This document shows positions 10,779 through 17,255 of a DNA stretch of 64,000 nt, in pieces. Location: positions 538,576-602,575 of the forward strand of contig CAVRZS010000004.1 in NCBI GenBank assembly GCA_963725745.1. The letters run 5' to 3'. This DNA is from an uncultured Chloroflexia bacterium (lineage in GTDB: Bacteria > Chloroflexota > Limnocylindria > Limnocylindrales > CSP1-4). Every line of letters begins with the position of its first letter. Within the stretch, counting starts at the first letter, position 1. Under the pieces are notes generated by a model. That model had not been told where the DNA came from. It saw only the letters and a program-made list of their open reading frames with translations, and ran no database searches. Both the position numbers and the translations under genes were made by a program.

Positions 10779-10798
10779 CTTAGCGACTAGTCACTAAG
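10779..10798. promoter_or_regulatory. Candidate TetR operator, a 20-bp near-perfect palindrome upstream of the MFS gene
   Basis: cttagcgactagtcactaag matches its own reverse complement at 18 of 20 positions. It ends 19 nt before ATG 10818. Confidence 0.45.
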
Positions 10799-10817
10799 GA
10801 AGGGAAGAACCCCAGCC

Positions 10818-12254
10818 ATGCCCCGACTCCGTTCTTCGACCGGATGGACGTTCGCGATCAGCGCGATCGGCCTGTTCATGGTCGCCCTCGACAACCTCGT
10901 CGTTACCACCGCGCTGCCCGTGATCCGCAACGATTTGGGCGCCTCGCTCCAGCAGCTCGAATGGATGGTCAACGCCTACACGCTGACGTTCGCGGTGCTG
11001 CTGCTCACCGGCGCCGCGCTCGGGGACCGGTTCGGCCGTCGCCGGATGTTCGTCATCGGGCTCATCGTCTTCACCGCCGGCTCGCTCGGGGCCGCCCTGG
11101 CGCCCAACAGCGACGTGCTTATCCTCGCCCGCGCCATCCAGGGCGTCGGCGGCGCGATCGTCACGCCGCTCAGCCTGACGATCCTGTCCGCCGCCGTGCC
11201 CCCGGAGCGACGCGCCCTCGCGCTCGGCGCGTGGGGTGGGATCGCCGGGCTCGCGATCGCGATCGGCCCGCTCGTGGGCGGCGCCATCGCGCAGGGGCTG
11301 AGCTGGCACTGGATATTCCTGCTCAACGTCCCGGTCGGCATCATCGCCACCGTCTTCGCCTACCTGTGGCTCGACGAGACCTACGGGCCCGAGGGCGGGC
11401 TCGACATCCCGGGTCTCGGCCTCGCGAGTGCGGGCCTGCTGGGCGTGGTGTGGGGCGTGATCAACGGCAACGAGCGTGGCTGGACTGACCCCGCGATCCT
11501 CGCGGCCATCGGCGCCGGCGCCCTGCTCCTGGGCGGCTTCGTGGCCTGGGAGGCGCGCGCCAAGAACCCGATGCTGCCGATGGACATGTTCCGCAGCCGC
11601 GCGTTCGCGGCCGCCAACACCTCGTCGCTGCTGATGTACTTCGGGATGTTCGGCTCGATCTTCCTGCTGTCGCAGTTCTTCCAGGTCGTCCAGGGCTACA
11701 ACCCGTTCGAGTCGGGTCTCCGCGTGCTGCCGTGGACCGCGATGCCGGCCGTAGTGGCGCCGCTCGCGGGCTACTTCAGCGGCCGCATCGGCGCCCGCCC
11801 GATCCTGGTCGTGGGGCTCGCCCTGATGTCGGTCGGGCTCGGCTGGATCGCCGCCATCGCCACGCCGACCGCCCCGTACATCGCGTTCGTGCCCCCGTTC
11901 ATCGTGAGCGGCATCGGCATGGGCATGTTCTTCGCGCCGATCGCGAACCTCGTCCTGTCCGCCGTGCGGCCGGAGGAGGAGGGCAAGGCGTCGGGCGCGA
12001 GCAACGCGATCCGTGAGGTCGGCGGCGTCTTCGGGGTCGCCGTGCTCGCTTCGGTGTTCTCGGCCAACGGCTCCTATGCCAGCCCGCAGGCGTTCGTCGA
12101 CGGGATGGTCCCGGCCGTCTGGCTGGGGGCTGCGGTCGTCGGTGTGGCGGCGGTCGTGGCCCTGGCCATCCCGCGCTGGGTGGCGGCCGGTCAGCCGCGC
12201 ATCGCCGACGCCGCGGCGGCCACGGGACGGCTCGCCGGCAGCGAGGCCGGCTGA
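10818..12254 (+). CDS. MFS drug/H+ antiporter, DHA2 (EmrB/QacA-like, 14-TMS type)
   Basis: 478-aa track ORF. GLFMVALDNLVVTTALPVIRNDLGASLQQLEWMVNAYTLTFAVLLLTGAALGDRFGRRRMF contains the MFS motif A-like GDRFGRRR. The protein is hydrophobic throughout. Confidence 0.9.
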   Translation: MPRLRSSTGWTFAISAIGLFMVALDNLVVTTALPVIRNDLGASLQQLEWMVNAYTLTFAVLLLTGAALGDRFGRRRMFVIGLIVFTAGSLGAALAPNSDVLILARAIQGVGGAIVTPLSLTILSAAVPPERRALALGAWGGIAGLAIAIGPLVGGAIAQGLSWHWIFLLNVPVGIIATVFAYLWLDETYGPEGGLDIPGLGLASAGLLGVVWGVINGNERGWTDPAILAAIGAGALLLGGFVAWEARAKNPMLPMDMFRSRAFAAANTSSLLMYFGMFGSIFLLSQFFQVVQGYNPFESGLRVLPWTAMPAVVAPLAGYFSGRIGARPILVVGLALMSVGLGWIAAIATPTAPYIAFVPPFIVSGIGMGMFFAPIANLVLSAVRPEEEGKASGASNAIREVGGVFGVAVLASVFSANGSYASPQAFVDGMVPAVWLGAAVVGVAAVVALAIPRWVAAGQPRIADAAAATGRLAGSEAG

Positions 12255-12529
12255 ACCACAGCCCATACCGGGCGGCCGGCGGCGCGAACGCCCGCCGGCC
12301 GCTACGACCTTCGACCCATGACACATCGTCGGCTGGCGACCGGTAGCCAGCGTGCGGCAGAAGGGTGTGCCCCCCGCGCATGCCAGACGATCGAGCCCGT
12401 GCACCGCCGACAGGAAGTCGGGCGCGATTCGACCGCTTGGGCGGCCTCCAACGCAGCTCGCCCCCGGCTAACGGCCGTGAGCCGGCGATCTGTCTGGAAC
12501 TGAAGGGCCGCGAGAATTCAGCCACCCGC

Positions 12530-12901
12530 TCAGGCGCCCTGGAGGACCGAGAGGATGTTGCCGGCGGGATCCTTGAACCACGCGATCGACGGGCCGTTGT
12601 CCCGTGCGATCCCGCGCTCGTCCTGGTCCAGGCCCTCGTAGCGCTCGAACCGAACGCCCTTGCCGGCCAGCTCGTCCACGGCGGCGTCGATGTCGTCGAC
12701 CTCGAAGTTGAGCACGGTGAACGTGGCCGGCTCGTGGTTCGGCTTGGGGTAGATGAACACCCGCTGGCCGCCCGCGAGGTCGAGCATCAGCGAGCCGTTG
12801 TCCTCGTGGACGGTGACGCCCAGGGTGTCGGCATAGAAGGCCTTCTCCGCGTCGACGTCGCCCGCCGAGAAGCCGGAGAACGCTGGTCGTGTCCCAATCA
12901 T
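12530..12901 (-). CDS. VOC/glyoxalase-family protein
   Basis: 123-aa track [42 protein letters not shown]...[21 protein letters not shown]...[14 protein letters not shown] is a typical paired beta-alpha-beta-beta-beta VOC pattern. Confidence 0.8.
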   Translation of the reverse strand: MIGTRPAFSGFSAGDVDAEKAFYADTLGVTVHEDNGSLMLDLAGGQRVFIYPKPNHEPATFTVLNFEVDDIDAAVDELAGKGVRFERYEGLDQDERGIARDNGPSIAWFKDPAGNILSVLQGA

Positions 12902-12986
12902 CGGTGCCTCCTTGTCCTTGCTTCAGCAAAGACGGTACGCCGGGGGAGTGCTCATCGCGTTCACGAACAGCGGCGTCACCAGCCTC

Positions 12987-13015
12987 TTGCATCCTGGCAG
13001 AGTATACGTATACTC
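12987..13015 (+). promoter_or_regulatory. Near-consensus sigma70-type promoter (-35 TTGCAT, 16-nt spacer, -10 TATACT) overlapped by a perfect 16-bp palindrome GAGTATACGTATACTC
   Basis: -35 at 12987..12992, -10 at 13009..13014, palindrome at 13000..13015. This is an AT-rich island in GC-rich DNA, sitting between the divergent VOC gene and the EXLDI operon. Confidence 0.5.
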
Positions 13016-13051
13016 ATGCGTATCCAACTCGCATGGGACGAAGGTTACGAT

Positions 13052-13576
13052 GTGGCCGTGCCGAACAAGACCATCTACGTGTCCGACGGGGACCTCAAGC
13101 TCTACCAGCGCGCCCAGGAGATCGCAGGCGGCAACCTGTCCGCCGCGATCGCGGCCGCGCTCAAGCGCTACGTCAACGTCCAGGAAGGCCTCGCTGAAGG
13201 CTTCGACGACGTGGTCGTCCGGGTTGGGATCGGCTCCGGGCGCAAGGTCCGGTTCACCGGCCTCCTCGTGGGCGACTGGGTCGACGCCAGCACCAAGCGC
13301 GCGGATCACTACCGCGTCTGGCGAGGTCGCACCGGCAAGTTCGTCGTCCACAACGAGCGCAGCGCCGAGTACTGGTCGGTCGATGCCGAGGGCAAGCCGG
13401 CCGGCTGGCGGGGCTGGATGGGCGTCGGGGACGTCCGCTACGGCGGCACGCCCAAGGAATCGACGCTCGATGTCTTCGAGTCGCTCGATGCCCTCCGCGA
13501 GAAGGTCCCGCCCGACCTGTTCGAAATGGTCGCCCGCTCCTCGCGCCTCCCGACCGTGGAGGAGCTCGACATCTAG
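13052..13576 (+). CDS. EXLDI-family protein (N-terminal RHH-like segment, C-terminal ...VEELDI)
   Basis: In-frame GTG 13052 (GTG 13058 and ATG 13016 are also in frame) within track ORF 12365..13576. It reads VAVPNKTIYVSDGDLKLYQRAQEIAGGNLSAAIAAALKRYV... and ends PTVEELDI*. A family named for a C-terminal ExLDI motif and found next to ABC exporter genes exists in TIGRFAMs, as I recall. ABC ATPase and permease genes follow directly. Confidence 0.7.
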   Translation: MAVPNKTIYVSDGDLKLYQRAQEIAGGNLSAAIAAALKRYVNVQEGLAEGFDDVVVRVGIGSGRKVRFTGLLVGDWVDASTKRADHYRVWRGRTGKFVVHNERSAEYWSVDAEGKPAGWRGWMGVGDVRYGGTPKESTLDVFESLDALREKVPPDLFEMVARSSRLPTVEELDI

Positions 13577-13615
13577 CGACGGGCGCCGCCCGGCGACGAT
13601 CTCGGGAGGCGCACG

Positions 13616-14591
13616 ATGACGGCGCACGCGATGACGACGACCTCGGCGATCGAGGTCCGCGGCCTGCGGAAGTCGTACGGCAAGCAGGTCGTGCTCGACG
13701 GAATCGACCTCGATGTCCCGGAAGGCACCGTGTTCGCGCTGCTGGGCCCGAACGGCGCCGGCAAGACGACGGTCATCCACATCCTCTCGACCCTGATCGC
13801 CGCGGACGCGGGCGAGGTCCGCATCGCGGGCTTCGACGTCGCGCGCGAGCCCGACGCCATCCGGGGCGTGATCGGCCTCACGGGCCAGGTGTCCGCTGTC
13901 GACGGCCAGTTCACAGGCGAAGAGAACCTGCGCCTCATGGCCGACCTCGAGCATCTCGGCAAGGAACGGGGACAGCGCCGCGTCGCGGAGCTGCTGGAAC
14001 GGTTCGAGCTCGTCGCGGATGCCGGCAAGCCCGCCGCGACCTACTCGGGCGGCATGCGCCGGCGCCTGGACCTCGCCATGACGCTGGTCGGCGACCCGCG
14101 GATCATCTTCCTCGACGAGCCCACGACCGGCCTCGATCCCCGCAGCCGGCGGGTGATGTGGGACATCGTGCGCGAGCTGGTCGCGGGTGGCGTCACGATC
14201 CTGCTCACCACCCAGTATCTCGAGGAGGCCGATCGGCTCGCGAGCCGGATCGCCCTGCTCGACGCGGGCCGGATCGTCGCGCAGGGCACCCCGGCCGAGC
14301 TCAAGCGGCTGGTGCCGGGCGGCAGCGTGCGGCTCGAGTTCTCCGATGCGGCGATGCTCGACCGGGCGGCCGGGGCGCTGCACGGCGCGATCCCGCGACG
14401 ACCAGAACCTGGCCCTCCAGGTGCCCAACGACGGCGGCGTGCACTCGCTTCGGGCCCTGCTCGACCGGCTGGACGCCGAGGCCATCGAGGTCGAGGGGCT
14501 GGCCATCCGGTCCGCGGATCTCGACGACGTGTTCCTGTCCCTCACCGGCCGCGAGAACGGCCAACTCGACGACAAGAAGGTGCCGGCATGA
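13616..14591 (+). pseudogene. ABC transporter ATP-binding protein (DrrA/ABC-2 type), interrupted by a +1 frameshift near 14388-14400
   Basis: GPNGAGKTT (Walker A), YSGGMRRRL (signature) and IIFLDEPTTGLD (Walker B) are in the frame of 13616. The conserved C-terminus RDDQNLALQVPNDGG...LDDVFLSLTG is in the frame of track ORF 14187..14591. That ORF's TGA overlaps the permease ATG (ATGA at 14588). Confidence 0.8.
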
Positions 14592-15409
14592 CCGCCTACA
14601 TGCTCACGGACTCCACGACCATGCTCCGGCGGAGCCTGCGGCGGATGCGCCGCTACCCGTCGCTGACGTTCTTCATTGCGGTGATCCCGGTCCTGCTCCT
14701 GCTCCTGTTCGTGTACGTGTTCGGTGGGATGCTCGGCGCCGGACTCGGGGGGCCCGGCCAGCCGGCAGGCCCAGCCGGAGCCGCCGTCGGACGCGAGGCA
14801 TACCTCGCGTACATCATCCCGGGCATCCTGCTGATGACCGCCGTCGGCGCCGGGCAGGGGACGGCGATCACCGTCGCGATGGACATGACCGCCGGGATCA
14901 TCGCGCGCTTCCGAACGATGTCGATCGCTCGTGGCGCCGTCCTGGGCGGCCACGTCTTTGGCAGCGTCATCCAGACGGCGATCGCGATGCTGATCGTGAT
15001 CGTGGTCGCCCTCCTGGTCGGGTTCCGGCCGACGACCGAACCGCTGTCCTGGTTGGCTGCGCTGGGGCTCCTCGCCCTGACCTCAATCGCCGTGAGCTGG
15101 CTGTCGGTCGGGATGGGGATGGTCACGGGCAGCGTCGAGACCGCCAGCAACATCCCGATGATCCTGACCCTGCTGGTGTTCCTGAGCTCGGCCTTCGTCC
15201 CGACGGCATCGATGCCCGACCCGCTGCGCTGGTTCGCCGAGCACCAGCCGTTCACGCCGATCGCGGAGACGCTGCGCGGCCTGCTGTTCGGCACGCCGAT
15301 CGGGGACAGCGGCATCGTCGCCGTGGCCTGGTGCGTCGTGATCTCGGTCGGCGGCTACCTCTGGGCGCGCCGTCTCTACGAGCGGGCGCCGATGCGCGTC
15401 GCGGCGTAG
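14588..15409 (+). CDS. ABC-2 type transporter permease
   Basis: ATG 14588 gives MTAYMLTDSTTMLRRSLRRMRRYPSLTFFIAVIPVLLLLLFVYVFG..., with about six hydrophobic segments typical of DrrB-like permeases. It happens to be in the same frame as 13616, which creates the artificial 597-aa track ORF. Confidence 0.85.
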   Translation: MTAYMLTDSTTMLRRSLRRMRRYPSLTFFIAVIPVLLLLLFVYVFGGMLGAGLGGPGQPAGPAGAAVGREAYLAYIIPGILLMTAVGAGQGTAITVAMDMTAGIIARFRTMSIARGAVLGGHVFGSVIQTAIAMLIVIVVALLVGFRPTTEPLSWLAALGLLALTSIAVSWLSVGMGMVTGSVETASNIPMILTLLVFLSSAFVPTASMPDPLRWFAEHQPFTPIAETLRGLLFGTPIGDSGIVAVAWCVVISVGGYLWARRLYERAPMRVAA

Positions 15410-15420
15410 CAGGGGTCAGC

Positions 15421-15448
15421 CGGGTCGCGGCGCCGGGGACGCGACCCG
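15421..15448 (+). terminator. GC-rich hairpin downstream of the ABC permease (no U-tract)
   Basis: CGGGTCGCG-gcgccgggga-CGCGACCCG has a 9-bp perfect stem and starts 12 nt after the stop at 15409. Confidence 0.3.
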
Positions 15449-15460
15449 AACCGGCAATCG

Positions 15461-15695
15461 GTAGCGAGGACGCGGCTCGGGAACCAATGGGCCCTCGACG
15501 GCACCATAGGATTCGAGGTCCGCATCGAACCGGGCTCGGAGGCCACGGCGCTTCCGCGAGGACGGGCGCACCGTGATCGTCAAGAACGGCACCCGGAAGG
15601 AGAGCCGGCTGATCGAGGCGCCCACCGGCGGCGACGGCGAGGTGCTCCCCTGGGCAGCCGACGGCATCACCGGCTGGCAACGGCTGGCACCGTAG
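15461..15695 (+). pseudogene. Relic C-terminal fragment of an anti-sigma/beta-propeller paralogue
   Basis: Hand translation gives ...GNQWALDGTIGFEVRIEPGSEATA, then one base is skipped near 15551, then FREDGRTVIVKNGTRKESRLIEAPTGGDGEVLPWAADGITGWQRLAP* (TAG 15693). This aligns with the C-terminus of the protein at 32473..33747 (...SADGRYVIGILTVPNGDANRLIEIDAETGAETVIAVPGLRAWTQQRLAP*). No plausible start or N-terminal part is present. Confidence 0.4.
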
Positions 15696-15737
15696 AAGCA
15701 CCTGCTGGGGCGCGTCCCTGGCCGCCTTCAGGTGCGC

Positions 15738-16271
15738 TTACGCCAAGACGGCCTCTGGCTCGCGGCGGTGCCGCTCGACCGGTGCCGCCTCGCCCGGCGC
15801 AGGGGCGGCGTCGATCAGCGGGTCGCTGAAGGCGTGCAGGCGGAGATACCGGAACCCGAGCCAGCCGAACAGGGCGCGGACGGGGCGCGCAAGGCCAGGC
15901 ACCTCCGCGGGCGTCTCGAGGACCGGCTCGTCGAGCTCGAGCAGCAAATCGCCGAGCACGAGCCGGCAATGTCCCGCGGCGAGCACGTTGCGCACCCACT
16001 CCGACTGTTCCCCGATCGGGACGATGATCCGGTAACCGTCTTCCGTGGGCATCGGGTGGATCGGCGTCCGCCGCACGATCCCGGATGTCCGGCCGACGTG
16101 CTCGATCAGGCCGAGCTCACCGTGGGACGCGCCGATGAGACCCCGACGTTCCAGCCACGGGTCGACGGTCAGGTTCACGAACTGCGCGCCGGCGCGCCGG
16201 TTCTGGCGCCACCATCGCGCGGCGCCGTAAAGCTCGACGGCGACCACGGCAACCAACAGGTACTTGCGCAT
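15738..16271 (-). CDS. Deazaflavin (F420)-dependent nitroreductase-family / PNPOx-like protein with an N-terminal membrane anchor
   Basis: 177-aa track ORF. LIEHVGRTSGIVRRTPIHPMPTEDGYRIIVPIGEQSEWVRNVLAAGHCRLVL fits the GR.SG..R.TP....W..N..A pattern of that family. Confidence 0.6.
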   Translation of the reverse strand: MRKYLLVAVVAVELYGAARWWRQNRRAGAQFVNLTVDPWLERRGLIGASHGELGLIEHVGRTSGIVRRTPIHPMPTEDGYRIIVPIGEQSEWVRNVLAAGHCRLVLGDLLLELDEPVLETPAEVPGLARPVRALFGWLGFRYLRLHAFSDPLIDAAPAPGEAAPVERHRREPEAVLA

Positions 16272-16367
16272 GCCGATCCCTCTCTAGCACCGCAAGCCTG
16301 CAGATCGCGGCGCCATCGACACAAGGGCCGAAGCGACCGAAGCGGGCAGCCGACGTGCCAAGTCAAA

Positions 16368-16392
16368 GGCCCTCCGGGCGATCCGGAGGGCC
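16368..16392 (-). terminator. Intrinsic-terminator-like hairpin 3' of the small secreted-protein gene (copy 1 of a repeated module)
   Basis: ggccctccgggcgatccggagggcc forms a 9-10 bp GC stem. On the minus strand it is followed by TTTGACTT. It lies 50 nt downstream of the stop at 16442. Confidence 0.5.
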
Positions 16393-16441
16393 TCGTTCGT
16401 GCCGATCGGCCCCGACACGTTTGCCGGTGCCGATCAGGGCG

Positions 16442-16777
16442 TCAGTGCGTTCGATTGGGGTTGGGGGGAAGGGGCGTCCGGTTGGGGTTGCATGCGACGC
16501 CGGGGTTGAACGCGTGCGGATCGGCGAGGCCCAGCTTCACATCCTGCCCGAACGACTGGGAATGACCGCCCGGGCCGTTGGGCCCGGAGCCATCCAACGG
16601 GGCTCCCGGGTCGTCATTGTGTCCCGAGAACGAGCACCAGGACTTCCCCTGGTTGTGATCGGGGTTCTTGCCACTTCCGGTGACTTCCCCGGCCACTGCC
16701 ACACTGGCGGTCAGGGTCAGGACCATAGCGGCGGCAGAGACACCGAGTCCGATTCGTGCCAAGCGTCGGCCAGCCAT
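16442..16777 (-). CDS. Small secreted protein (signal peptide; Gly/Pro/Asn-rich)
   Basis: ATG 16777 is preceded by GGAGG 7 nt upstream. MAGRRLARIGLGVSAAAMVLTLTASVAVAGEVTG is a signal peptide. The remainder of track ORF 16442..17917 is antisense to the P-type ATPase gene. Confidence 0.65.
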   Translation of the reverse strand: MAGRRLARIGLGVSAAAMVLTLTASVAVAGEVTGSGKNPDHNQGKSWCSFSGHNDDPGAPLDGSGPNGPGGHSQSFGQDVKLGLADPHAFNPGVACNPNRTPLPPNPNRTH

Positions 16778-16939
16778 CGGCAAACCTCCCACGGACGAAG
16801 TCGGTCTCGCCATTGGCTTTCGGCACGTGTCGGGCGACCGCTCGATGGGGACCGTGCCGTAGGAACGCCCCCCGATGGCTCCCGCCACCCCTCCGTTCTC
16901 GGGCATGATGGCGAACGCGGTGGCGTTGTGCCAGATCCG

Positions 16940-17175
16940 TGGGGCGATAGGTGGTGCCAGGCCGCACCGCCGCTGCAAGCGAATGCCCGTCCGGGGCGAT
17001 CCGGGGGGAGGGTCAGGCCAGCGCCCGGCGCTCACGTACGGCCTACTCGGATCCTTCGCGGCGATCCATCGGTGGCCCGCTCCGACGTCGTCGGGGCGTC
17101 CTCGGCCAAGGGCTGGAGAGCCTGATTCGGGATGGCCGATGCCACCGATCGGTCCGATCGGCACTTCCGTCGGGC
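16940..17175 (+). promoter_or_regulatory. Candidate structured leader (M-box/Mg2+-riboswitch-like sequence islands) upstream of the P-type ATPase
   Basis: The roughly 480-nt non-coding gap 16778..17255 contains, in order, GAUAGGUGGUGCC, CGCUGC..GCCCGUCC, GGGUCAGGCCAG, GGCUGGAGAGCC and CGAUGCCAC. These recall M-box islands (UAGGUGAGGC, CGCUGC.GCCC...GUC, GGGUCAACAG, GCUGGAUGC, CCUAUGCCAU). The similarity was judged by eye only. Confidence 0.3.
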
Positions 17176-17255
17176 ATGCCGTGGCGGTGACGCTCGGGTG
17201 CGTACCGGCAGAGGTCGCCCCGACCACGCCGGATCGACGAGCTGGAACCAGGAAC

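Noticed and set aside
10794-12404. 536-aa minus-strand ORF
   Set aside because: It is antisense to the MFS transporter gene. It is extremely Arg/Asp/Gly/His-rich and has no membrane or enzyme motifs.
12923-14953. 676-aa minus-strand ORF
   Set aside because: It is antisense to the EXLDI, ABC ATPase and permease genes. It has no motifs and a shadow-type composition.
13616-15409. Single 597-aa ORF suggesting a fused ABC ATPase-permease protein
   Set aside because: Between about 14400 and 14588 this frame reads Arg/Pro-rich junk. The conserved ATPase C-terminus (LDDVFLSLTG) is in the +1 frame and stops in an ATGA overlap with the permease start. This is therefore a frameshifted ATPase plus a separate permease, not a fusion.
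15416-15670. 84-aa minus-strand ORF between the ABC permease and the nitroreductase-family gene
   Set aside because: It has no motif and no SD. It lies antisense to the plus-strand relic whose translation aligns with the propeller paralogue C-terminus.
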